Shown here one piece after another: positions 1 to 9,198 of a stretch of 64,000 nt of DNA. The notes under the pieces were generated by a model. The model did not search any database. It was given only the letters and a program-made list of their open reading frames with translations, and was not told where the DNA came from. Source of the stretch: Candidatus Subterrananammoxibius californiae (GTDB lineage: Bacteria > Planctomycetota > Brocadiia > Brocadiales > Subterrananammoxibiaceae). Positions within the stretch are counted from its first letter, which is position 1; every line of letters starts with the position of its first letter. The stretch is from positions 32,001 to 96,000 of the forward strand of contig JAURAC010000004.1 of assembly GCA_030586555.1 (NCBI GenBank), written 5' to 3'. Made by a program: the position numbers and the translations under genes.

Positions 1-1
1 G

Positions 2-601
2 GATGCATCCTGTAGCGCAAAATTCAGTTATATAACTCAGGATGGCAAAATAGAAGACGGACAAAGGGTTGGACTTGTTAAAACCCTTGAAAACTTCTTT
101 AAAGACCTTTTTAGCGGCATTTCACTCGGCACATACACCCCACGAGCTGAAGAGAAACCATCAGGCGCAGACGAAACCGTAAAGCACTCCTTAAAGAAGG
201 TCTTTCTGGATGCTGTATATAAGGACGTGGCGGTGGGAATTCCAAGAGGCGCGGTTCAAATTGTCAAAGATGCTGCGTTAGTTTGCTTAAATCTTGCAGA
301 GGCCATACCCGATGCCACTATTGGTATTACAAAGACTGGTGAGGGCGTAACTACGAAGGTCTTTGATAATACACAGGTGGCGCTCAATTTCTTTACAGAC
401 ATTTTGCCAGGTGGAGAGGGCAGGGGAAGGGTTTATGCATTCAAACTTGACAAGGGTATCAAAGGATTGCCGCTTATCCATAACCTCACTACACCCGAAC
501 AGGGAACTGATGAAGCAGATTTTCAGCACGTTAGGAATACCTCCTTTAGAAAGACCATAGAAACTATTTCATCCATCATACCTCTTAGCACTACACTGTA
601 A
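2..601 (+). CDS. Hypothetical protein, 5'-truncated by the window edge
   Basis: The frame of the 227..601 ORF is open back to position 2 (DASCSAKFSY...); no recognisable motif. Confidence 0.6.
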   Translation, partial: DASCSAKFSYITQDGKIEDGQRVGLVKTLENFFKDLFSGISLGTYTPRAEEKPSGADETVKHSLKKVFLDAVYKDVAVGIPRGAVQIVKDAALVCLNLAEAIPDATIGITKTGEGVTTKVFDNTQVALNFFTDILPGGEGRGRVYAFKLDKGIKGLPLIHNLTTPEQGTDEADFQHVRNTSFRKTIETISSIIPLSTTL

Positions 602-602
602 A

Positions 603-629
603 TAGAGATGCAAAATCTTGCGTCTCTAC
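603..629. repeat. REP-like palindrome (GTAG family)
   Basis: TAGAGATGCAAAATCTTGCGTCTCTAC hairpin ending in CTAC directly after a stop codon. Confidence 0.6.
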
Positions 630-715
630 CAACTTTTTCCACATAGGCATTATATTTGCTAACAGTTTTAAAGAGAATCTATAGAATGCTCTGGGCGGAT
701 TTCAAGGAGGAAATC

Positions 716-2251
716 ATGGCAAAGAAAGCAGACCTTTGCAATTGCTTAGGAATAGATAAAAAGGAAATCCATACCAGAAAAGATTATCTTGAGTTCACTG
801 AGGAGGACGTAAATTTATTAAAGGACTTGAAATCTCTCATTGGCGAGCATGCCGATACTATTGTAGAGAAATTCTACAAACATCTCACCCAACACAAAGA
901 AACTAAAATGTTGTTGAAAGATAAAAATACTGTGAAAAGACTCAAGATGGTGCAGAGGGGATACCTATCAGGTTTGTTTGGAGGGCAATACGATGATGTG
1001 TACTTTAATCGCAGGTTGAAGATTGGTAAAGTCCATAATGACATACGACTGCTTCCAAGATGGTATATAGGCGCATACAGCCTTTACCACAGGCTTATAT
1101 ATCCTTTAATCTTTAAGGAATATAAATCGGATATAGAAGGACTGCTCAAACGTGTGTTAGCTGTTGATAAATTGACAAACCTTGATATTCAGCTTGCAAT
1201 GGATATGTATATCCACACTTACATTAACAATCTAAAGTCTACTACAGACGAAACAAGGTTGTTTCAATATATAATTAATAGCACAGTTGATTCTATCGTC
1301 GTCACAGACCTGAATTCAAAGATTATGTACGTTAACCCCGGTTTTGAACGGATAACGGGCTATTCCATAGGAGAGGTATTCAGGAAAGACATTTCCATCT
1401 TTTGCGAGTGTGATTGCGCACAGGTACATGAAGAAATGCGGGATTCGCTCTCTAAAAATGGATATTGGACAGGTGAGGTCACATGCAAGCGCAAAAACGA
1501 TGAGCAATGGACATCCTTTCTTACGATTTCATTAGTTAAGGATGAAAAAGATAATCCCATTGCATACGTCAGAATATCGCGGGATGTAACCGAAAAGAAG
1601 GCTTTAGAAGCAAGGATAAGCACCGTAAACATAGAACTTGAGAAGGCTAACCGGGAACTTAAAGAGGCACAGAATGATGCAATATTAATGCTTTCTGTGG
1701 CATGCGAAGCCAAGGATGAGGATACGGGGGACCATGTCCAGCGTATCCAGCATTACACAAGGGCGTTAGCAAATGAAATTGGGCTGCCTGCTAAGGTTAC
1801 TGAACAAATTGCCTATTCAAGCATGTTGCACGACGTGGGGAAGATTCATATACCAGATTATATCTTAAGAAAACCTGGAAGATTAACAACGAGTGAATTT
1901 GAGATTATGAAGATGCATACCGTTTTTGGCGAAAGGATACTCCTTGAAAAACCGTATTATCAATTAGCCAGGCAGATTGCCAGAGGTCATCATGAAAATT
2001 ATGATGGAACAGGTTACCCCGATGCGTTAAAGGGTGAAGATATTCCACTTGCCGCACGTATCTCGAAACTGGCTGATGTGTACGATGCCCTCAACTCAAA
2101 AAGGCCTTACAAGGACGCATGGTCTGAACAGGAGGCATATGAAATGATTTTATCCATGAAGGGAAAACAGATTGACCCACTGCTCGTTGACGCATTTAAG
2201 AGATTATGGGAAAACAACACCCTAAAGAAAATCAAGGTAAAGTATTCGTAA
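716..2251 (+). CDS. Globin-coupled sensor (protoglobin)-PAS-HD-GYP cyclic-dinucleotide phosphodiesterase
   Basis: Sensor-globin motif IVEKFYKHL...RLKIGKVHNDIRLLPRWYIGAY; PAS (YVNPGFERITGYS); HDVGK and HHENYDGTGYP; RBS AAGGAGG before ATG 716. Confidence 0.9.
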   Translation: MAKKADLCNCLGIDKKEIHTRKDYLEFTEEDVNLLKDLKSLIGEHADTIVEKFYKHLTQHKETKMLLKDKNTVKRLKMVQRGYLSGLFGGQYDDVYFNRRLKIGKVHNDIRLLPRWYIGAYSLYHRLIYPLIFKEYKSDIEGLLKRVLAVDKLTNLDIQLAMDMYIHTYINNLKSTTDETRLFQYIINSTVDSIVVTDLNSKIMYVNPGFERITGYSIGEVFRKDISIFCECDCAQVHEEMRDSLSKNGYWTGEVTCKRKNDEQWTSFLTISLVKDEKDNPIAYVRISRDVTEKKALEARISTVNIELEKANRELKEAQNDAILMLSVACEAKDEDTGDHVQRIQHYTRALANEIGLPAKVTEQIAYSSMLHDVGKIHIPDYILRKPGRLTTSEFEIMKMHTVFGERILLEKPYYQLARQIARGHHENYDGTGYPDALKGEDIPLAARISKLADVYDALNSKRPYKDAWSEQEAYEMILSMKGKQIDPLLVDAFKRLWENNTLKKIKVKYS

Positions 2252-2259
2252 CAAAAAAG

Positions 2260-5200
2260 TTAAGAGTTTTGAGCTAAGAGTTTTGAGTCAAGTGTCCCCA
2301 AAGGGGGATCTTTTGACTCCAGACCTATGTCTCCTGACTCTCTTTTTTCTATTTCCTCAAACTTAACAGTAATCCTCTTGGAGACACCGGGTTCCTGCAT
2401 AGTAACCCCATAAAGTACGTCAGCGATGCTCATTGTCTGCTTGTTATGTGTAATAATAAGGAATTGAGAGTGCTGCGTAAACTCCTTAAGCACGGCAACA
2501 AAGCGGCCGATGTTACTTTCATCAAGCGCTGCATCAACCTCGTCTAAGATGCAGAATGGGCTTGGCTTTGATTGGAAGATGGCGAAAAGTAATGCAACAG
2601 TCGTCATAACCTTTTCACCACCAGAAAGCAGGTTTACCGAGCGTAGTTCCTTTTCCGGAGGCTGAGCAATTATTTCTATGCCAGCCTCAAGCATATCAAC
2701 GCCTTCCTCTAAGATTATATCAGCCTTGCCTCCGCCAAACAGTTTGCGGAACAACGCCCTGAAGTTTTCCCTGACCTGATTAAACGTATTCTCAAAAAGC
2801 TCTCGGCTTGCCGTATTTATCCTTTTTATCAATTCATTCAGTGCGTTTTGGGCCTTCTGCAGGTCTTCCCTCTGGTTTAACAAGAACTTTTCCCTGATTT
2901 GAAGTTCATCCTGCTGTTGTATAGCTTCAAGGTTAACGTTGCCCAACCTTTCAATCTTACCCCTGAGTTCTTCAATCTCCTGCGCAACATTGTCCCAGTT
3001 TATCTCTCCGTACTCGATTGTCCTTTCACTCGTCTCCTGCCGGTCTACAGCTGAAAGCTCTATGTGGTACTCGTCACGAATCCTTTCCTCCAGGTCTATC
3101 GTCTTAACGTGCAATTCGTTTTCTTTGAGTCTTAGTTCCTGTAACTGGTTTTCAACGGTCTTATGTTCTCCACTTTTTTCACCAATCTTGGTCTTTACGT
3201 TCAGGAGTTGTTCATGAATTGCCTCACGACCATCCTTAAGTGAGATAAGCTTAAGGGACATTTCATCTTTCTTTGATTGGAGTTCCTTCAGCGAATCTTC
3301 GATACACTTTATTTCAACATCAGCCTGCGTTTTTTTAATCTGGCAGTTTTCTATTTCAAGTTGGGTAGCGGATAAATCCTCATAGGTTTCTTTTTGTACA
3401 GATTCTAATTGACGGAGCGATGCAGTAAGCCCATCTCTTTTCTCGGTTCGCTGAGCCAGATTGACCTTAAGCTCTGTTATCTCGTTTTGTAGCGTCAATT
3501 TTAATTCTTCCTTCTTGTCGGCTTCAGTGGAAATGTGTTCTAATTGCTGCTCCAATTGTTTACGTTTATCATTAAGCGCATTCATTTCTCCTCGAAGTTT
3601 TTCTTCCCTTTGATGTGCCGCATTTATTGTAACCTCTATTTCACTAATCTCACCCCCACTAACGCCCTTTTCTGATAAAAGGTTATTATGTTTACTTTCA
3701 CCTTGTTGAAGCGCATTGTCTTTTGCCAATTCCAGGAATTTTGCTCTGTCAACTGTCTGTTTTAGCGTTTCTAAATCGCATTCTAACTCTTTAACCTTCT
3801 GCAACCTTACCCTTCTTTCCTCCTCGAATCTTTCAAGGGCACGGGCAATCTTTACCAGTTCCTTCTCGATACTCACCAATTCACTTTTTCGAGAAATAAT
3901 GCCGATGTGTCCCTCTCCTTTACCTCCGACTAAGGTACCGTCTGAATTAATTACCTCGCCTTCAGTGGTAGCAAAACGGACTGTGTGAGTGAGCGTTCCT
4001 TGTGATGAGTAAAGTGTTTGCGCTGTATCAAAATCGTGAACGACTATCGTATCCCCCAATAAAGACTTTATCAATTCCGAATAAGCATCATCATGGCTTA
4101 CTAAATCCGAAGCCTTCCCTATTACGCCGGGCTTCGACCTGAGCCCTTCTGCAGTGAGCTCAGGGTCGAACTGCTCAGCCGAAGGTTGGTTTAAACTGCT
4201 TGATTCATCCGTAACATTATTCATTATCCCGTCAAGAGGAAGAAACGTTGCCTTACCCCTTTCGCCTTCTTTCAGGAAATTAATGGCTCGAACGGCATCG
4301 TCAAATGTATCGGTAACGATGCTTTGCGCTTTCGTTCCGAGAACCGTTTCTATAGCAGCCGCATACGGCAAATCAACCTTCAGTAAATCGGCGACAATAC
4401 CACGGATACCTGTTATGATGGTGCCGCTCTTAGAAGTTTCTCCTAAGACAGCCTTTGCCCCTGCCTCTACCCCTTCGGAACGTGCCTCAAAGTCCTTTAA
4501 TACCTCATAACGGGACTCTTTGCTGCTTTGCAGTTGCTTCTGGATATTTATTTGCCCTTCAAAGGATTCAATCTCCTTGGCAAGCTGTCCAATCCTCCCC
4601 TTTGAATGGAGTAGTTTATCGGCATGTGTGGCGATTTCCTGACTCAAACCCTGTTTTTCATTCAGCAGTCGCTCTCTTTCAATAGCTAATTGGCTTACCT
4701 CGGCTGATATTTCATCCTGTCGTTTTTGAAGCCTTGCCTTTCGATTGAATAGTGTCTCTTTTTCGGTGGCAAGATTCCCCATCTCATTCTGAAGACCGGA
4801 TTGACGGTAAAGCATATCAACTGCAAGGGATTTCTTTTCCTCTATCTGTTGACGCATCAAATCGCATTCAAGGGTCAACTGCTTCAGTCCCGTTTCTTTT
4901 AGCTGCAAACGGCTTTTATGCTCCGTAATCTCCTGCTCAATGTCAGTGATGCCTTGTAACGTAATAGCCGCCTGTTTCTTCATTTCTTCGATTCTAACTG
5001 TAAGCAACTGAACATGCTCTGAGTGTCTCGCCCTCTGCAAGTCAAGGTCATATATCCTTTGTTGGTTTAGCCGAACCTTTTCCTGTGCGGTTGAAATCTG
5101 CGCTTCAGTATTGGCAAGACTTGCCTGAACCTCGGAAATATCCATATCCAACTGTGCAATACTTTCCTCCAGGGAAACCCTTTCCCTTTCGAGGGCTTCA

Positions 5201-5985
5201 ATCGCACTCAGAATGCTCTGAATGCTTTTTTGAACATCGTCAATCTGGCTTGTAATATGGATTTTCTTTTCCTTAAACTCACGATAATTCTTAAGGGAAA
5301 GTTTTATCCTGAGTTCTTTAAGCCTTTCAATATGCTCCTGATACCTTCTTGCCTTTGCGGCCTGAAGTGTAACAGACCTCAATTGTTTTTGTACCTCTTC
5401 TATTATGTCGCCGAGGCGCAGTTGGTTTTGTTCCACCCTCTCTAACTTGCTCATGGCAGCCTTTTTTCTTGCTTTGTATTTACTTATCCCTGCTGCCTCA
5501 TCAAAGACGCCGCGCCTCTCCTGGGCATTTGCCTGCAGTAAGGTGTCAACTTTACCTTGCTCAATAACGGAGTAACAGTCAACCCCCACACCCGTATCCA
5601 TAAACAGTTCCTTAATATCCCTCAGCCTGCACGGTTGTTTATTTATAAAATATTCAGATTCCCCGGAGGTATATAGACGACGGGTTACACAAACTTCCTG
5701 GTATTCAATGGGAAGTAAATTTTTGTCGTTCAAGATAAAAAGAGATACCTCAGCATATCCAGACGATGGGCGATTTTCTGTGCCGCCGAAGATTACATCA
5801 GCCATTTCTCTTCCCCTTAGGGATTTTGCGCTCTGCTCGCCGAGAATCCATCGGAAGGCATCTACAACGTTGCTTTTCCCACAACCATTTGGACCAACAA
5901 TCCCTGTAATCCCCGGTTCAAACGTAAAGGTTGTCTTATCGGCAAATGACTTAAAACCAAACGCTTCCAATTTTGTTAATTGCAT
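2260..5985 (-). CDS. smc: Chromosome segregation protein SMC
   Basis: Walker A GPNGCGKS, long coiled coils, hinge, LSGGE signature, ILDEVDAALD. Confidence 0.98.
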   Translation of the reverse strand: MQLTKLEAFGFKSFADKTTFTFEPGITGIVGPNGCGKSNVVDAFRWILGEQSAKSLRGREMADVIFGGTENRPSSGYAEVSLFILNDKNLLPIEYQEVCVTRRLYTSGESEYFINKQPCRLRDIKELFMDTGVGVDCYSVIEQGKVDTLLQANAQERRGVFDEAAGISKYKARKKAAMSKLERVEQNQLRLGDIIEEVQKQLRSVTLQAAKARRYQEHIERLKELRIKLSLKNYREFKEKKIHITSQIDDVQKSIQSILSAIEALERERVSLEESIAQLDMDISEVQASLANTEAQISTAQEKVRLNQQRIYDLDLQRARHSEHVQLLTVRIEEMKKQAAITLQGITDIEQEITEHKSRLQLKETGLKQLTLECDLMRQQIEEKKSLAVDMLYRQSGLQNEMGNLATEKETLFNRKARLQKRQDEISAEVSQLAIERERLLNEKQGLSQEIATHADKLLHSKGRIGQLAKEIESFEGQINIQKQLQSSKESRYEVLKDFEARSEGVEAGAKAVLGETSKSGTIITGIRGIVADLLKVDLPYAAAIETVLGTKAQSIVTDTFDDAVRAINFLKEGERGKATFLPLDGIMNNVTDESSSLNQPSAEQFDPELTAEGLRSKPGVIGKASDLVSHDDAYSELIKSLLGDTIVVHDFDTAQTLYSSQGTLTHTVRFATTEGEVINSDGTLVGGKGEGHIGIISRKSELVSIEKELVKIARALERFEEERRVRLQKVKELECDLETLKQTVDRAKFLELAKDNALQQGESKHNNLLSEKGVSGGEISEIEVTINAAHQREEKLRGEMNALNDKRKQLEQQLEHISTEADKKEELKLTLQNEITELKVNLAQRTEKRDGLTASLRQLESVQKETYEDLSATQLEIENCQIKKTQADVEIKCIEDSLKELQSKKDEMSLKLISLKDGREAIHEQLLNVKTKIGEKSGEHKTVENQLQELRLKENELHVKTIDLEERIRDEYHIELSAVDRQETSERTIEYGEINWDNVAQEIEELRGKIERLGNVNLEAIQQQDELQIREKFLLNQREDLQKAQNALNELIKRINTASRELFENTFNQVRENFRALFRKLFGGGKADIILEEGVDMLEAGIEIIAQPPEKELRSVNLLSGGEKVMTTVALLFAIFQSKPSPFCILDEVDAALDESNIGRFVAVLKEFTQHSQFLIITHNKQTMSIADVLYGVTMQEPGVSKRITVKFEEIEKRESGDIGLESKDPPLGTLDSKLLAQNS

Positions 5986-6002
5986 ATCACGAATCCTGAG
6001 TT

Positions 6003-6222
6003 TTATAAGCTCACTAGTTCAACTTCAATTCGATCCTTCACGGTATGTGTTGTTTCAAGAAGACGATCGAGCTCATTAAGGATTTTGCATGAAAGTAACG
6101 CTCTCCGCATTCAGTGCAAACCTCTGCCTCAACATTTTAAACAATGTAGAGCCTACCGTGGAGCCAGTGTTGCTTTTCACCTTCTTTTTTATAATCTTCT
6201 CTTCGCAAAATTCACAAATCAT
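6003..6222 (-). pseudogene. Degraded YgiT/MqsA-type zinc-finger (antitoxin-like) gene
   Basis: RBS GGAGGG + ATG; joining frames gives MICEFCEEKIIKKKVK/QHWLHGRLYIV*NVEAEVCTECGERYFHAK/ILNELDRLLETTHTVKDRIEVELVSL, with two 1-bp frameshifts and an in-frame TAA. Confidence 0.75.
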
Positions 6223-6393
6223 AATCCCTCCATATGTAACTTGCAAATTCTATAAAGGTATCTTACGCCCCCTTTTGTTTCTACTTCCACAGCAATTTTA
6301 CAGGAATTATAAGACATTACCTTTTCTAATTCGGTTCGAAATGATTCGTAAGGTAAAAATAGAAATATTCTCTTTTCATCTTTAAGTTATGGG

Positions 6394-7548
6394 CTAAATA
6401 ATACCCTTTGGTACAAAAATATCACTAATGGTGTTTACGACATAATTATCTGTCATGCCAGCCATAAAATCCAAAACTATCAACGCATTCGGCTCTTCTT
6501 CGCTATAATTTATCTTTTTTATAAATTTATCTAATACATCATAAACTTTTGCATCAGGTAGTGAATCAGGATTTTTTCTCAATCTGTCTGTCTTTTTTAA
6601 ATCGTCTAACAGACGCGTAAACAATTCTTCCAATGCTCTTGTCGCGTGTTTCTTATATTTGTCTACAGCCCCACTTCGGTATATTTCTTTATAATTAAAC
6701 TCTATTAATTTTTTCAGCAGTTCGTGCTTTTCATTGCTGAGAACTATTTTACCAGGATTTGCTTTACTATAATTAACTAAATCTTCTAAAAGCGTACCAA
6801 TAATTTTTCCATTATTTTCACCGAGCCCATTGATAATGTCCTTGGGAATAGAATCTTCTTTTATTAGACCAGCCACAAGAGCATCTTCAATATCTCTTCC
6901 AGCATATACTATTTTATCAACCATCCGAACAACACATCCTTCAATAGTACATGGCATCAACGCATCTTTTCTATCATTAATCTTTTCTAAATCCTTATTA
7001 TTTCTTTCAGGAACAAGCTCATTACTAAATTCTTCACCACAATGGGATATTATTCCATCTCTAACTTCATAGGTTAAATTTAAACCAGCTTCAGTTTCTC
7101 TATCAAGTTCAGCAAGCTTATCTACTACCCTTAAGCCATGTACTTCATGTTGAAAATTTATATTCAGATTAAACCTTTTGGATAAATCGCTTAATACCTT
7201 TTCCCCATGATGCCCAAAAGGTGCATGTCCAACATCATGACCTAATCCTATCGCCTCTACAAGATCTTCATTTACTTGAAGATGACGTGCTACAGTTCGA
7301 GATGCAGAAGCTACATGGAGCACATGCTCCATCCTTGTGCATATATGATCATTCTTTGGTAGAAAAAAAACCTGCGTTTTATGCCTTAATCTCCTAAACG
7401 GTTGACTGTATATAATTCTGTGTATATCCCTTTGAAATTCGGTTCTATAACCATCTTGTTTAAGGGGTTTTTTTCTTCCCTTTGAATTTATACTTAATGT
7501 AGTTATAGGGTTTTTATAAATTGATTCTTCATCAAATGATGTATGCAT
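6394..7548 (-). CDS. dGTP triphosphohydrolase-like HD-domain protein
   Basis: RTEFQRD..RI, FRRLRHKTQVF, TRMEH, GHDVGHAPFGHHGE, GLNLTYEVRDGI, DFMAGMTD motifs; AT-rich. Confidence 0.92.
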   Translation of the reverse strand: MHTSFDEESIYKNPITTLSINSKGRKKPLKQDGYRTEFQRDIHRIIYSQPFRRLRHKTQVFFLPKNDHICTRMEHVLHVASASRTVARHLQVNEDLVEAIGLGHDVGHAPFGHHGEKVLSDLSKRFNLNINFQHEVHGLRVVDKLAELDRETEAGLNLTYEVRDGIISHCGEEFSNELVPERNNKDLEKINDRKDALMPCTIEGCVVRMVDKIVYAGRDIEDALVAGLIKEDSIPKDIINGLGENNGKIIGTLLEDLVNYSKANPGKIVLSNEKHELLKKLIEFNYKEIYRSGAVDKYKKHATRALEELFTRLLDDLKKTDRLRKNPDSLPDAKVYDVLDKFIKKINYSEEEPNALIVLDFMAGMTDNYVVNTISDIFVPKGII

Positions 7549-8182
7549 TTTGTTTTTCCAAGTTTCTCTCTATTTTTTCATCTAATATTTCGATAAGCTT
7601 ATAACAAAGCACCTTTCTTTCTTGAATATCTTTTACCAAAGAAGAAATTTCTAAACCCTTATTATAAACAATCTTTAAGTTGGAGTTATCAATAATTGGA
7701 GATTTTTCTTTATATTCTTCAAGGAATAATTCACCAAATACTTCTGGTATTTTCTGTATTTCGTTTACAATTATAAAATTGGATAAACCCAACACCAAAG
7801 GATTATCATTTCCTTTAATTAATGATCGTGTATCATGTTTATATATAACAACTTTTCTCCCTGAGCTCCAAGCAATGCCAGCCTCAACCATAGCACCTTC
7901 ATCGGGAACCCTACCATTTATATTTAGAACTAGTCCATTACTATCCAAGACTTGAAAAACATCTAGTGTAAAAATTGCTTTATTCAAGATATTATTTATA
8001 TCTTTCTCAGATATGCCAAGCTCATTAAATACTTCCCATAGATTTGAAAATTCAAATCCATCCCTATGTGGAAGAAAAACTTTGAAGCCACTTGCTTCTA
8101 AAGTTGTTGCAATTTCTTGCATTTCTTCTTTTTCTTTTGTATTAAATAATGGACCCGCACAATAGATTTTTTTCATAGTCAT
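7532..8182 (-). CDS. Nucleoside 2-deoxyribosyltransferase family protein
   Basis: KIYCAGPLF, VFLPHRD, DEGAMVEAGIA, NPLV motifs; overlaps the start of the dGTPase gene; AT-rich. Confidence 0.88.
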   Translation of the reverse strand: MTMKKIYCAGPLFNTKEKEEMQEIATTLEASGFKVFLPHRDGFEFSNLWEVFNELGISEKDINNILNKAIFTLDVFQVLDSNGLVLNINGRVPDEGAMVEAGIAWSSGRKVVIYKHDTRSLIKGNDNPLVLGLSNFIIVNEIQKIPEVFGELFLEEYKEKSPIIDNSNLKIVYNKGLEISSLVKDIQERKVLCYKLIEILDEKIERNLEKQNAYII

Positions 8183-8414
8183 ATATCCTTTTTATTTAAA
8201 GGTTATTTTGGATCAAGTCCTATTTTCCCTGTGAAAACACGAGGCACAGATACCCTCCCCAAAAGATGGCGGACAGGCAATGCTACATAAACTAAGCTAC
8301 AAGTTTTTGGGTTTTGAACGAGTCTTTTCTAATTGCATATGCTTAATAGGTAATAGGCTATAGGGAAAACCATAACCTATAACCCATGACCCATAACCTA
8401 TCACCTCTATTTTT

Positions 8415-9149
8415 TCACCACTGTCTGCACAGTTCCTTTTTTGCTTCGCCTCTTACAAAGCAGTTCTTTACGTACGCCCTTGCACTTTTGGCAAATTGCC
8501 TGAGGGTTTCTACAGGACAGGGTATAATGTTGAGCATTTCATTGTCAAGACAATTATTAGGCTTGAACCCTTGTAAGACATACCTTTGAGCGCCTTTGAT
8601 GGTTCTGGCAATCTCCACTATATCGGATTCATTCAGAAAGGCAGGACTAACGGTGGTGCGAAATTCGTATTCGATGCCGCTACTCATTATTAATTCTATG
8701 CTTCGCCGAATACTCGATAAATCATATGATACGCCCGTAACCTCTTCATACCTTTCCTCGCGTAACGGAGCCTTAATATCCATTGCCACACATTGAACAA
8801 GCCTGCGCCTTATCAGGTCTTCAAGAACATCAGGATTAGTGCCGTTCGTGTCTAACTTCACCTTCATTCCTAAAGAACTTAACGCCCCTATTAATTCCTC
8901 CAGATTTTTATGCAGGGTAGGTTCGCCCCCCGAAATAACAATCCCATCAAGCCATGCCCTATTGCGCTTTATAGCTTCTAATATATTTTCCACAGGGATT
9001 GTCTCAAGCCTGTCAGATGGCTGAACGAGGTGCGGAGAGTGGCAATATGGGCACCGCAGGTTACAAGATGGTAGGAATATTATAGAAACTATATTCCCTT
9101 CCCATTCTATAAGGCTATTTTCTATGTATCCAGCAATTGGTATTGCCAT
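8415..9149 (-). CDS. nrdG: Anaerobic ribonucleotide reductase activating radical SAM enzyme
   Basis: CNLRCPYCH, ISGGEPT, KLDTNG, MDIKAP, YEFRTT; downstream of nrdD; start set at MAIPIAG. Confidence 0.93.
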   Translation of the reverse strand: MAIPIAGYIENSLIEWEGNIVSIIFLPSCNLRCPYCHSPHLVQPSDRLETIPVENILEAIKRNRAWLDGIVISGGEPTLHKNLEELIGALSSLGMKVKLDTNGTNPDVLEDLIRRRLVQCVAMDIKAPLREERYEEVTGVSYDLSSIRRSIELIMSSGIEYEFRTTVSPAFLNESDIVEIARTIKGAQRYVLQGFKPNNCLDNEMLNIIPCPVETLRQFAKSARAYVKNCFVRGEAKKELCRQW

Positions 9150-9198
9150 TTTATTTTTCTTGGACAGACGTCTGTCATGTTGAGCCCTTCGGCGTTGC

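Noticed and set aside
7532..8400. NDT as a retron effector with an upstream msr-msd RNA
   Set aside because: No reverse transcriptase in the window and no convincing a1/a2 inverted repeats upstream
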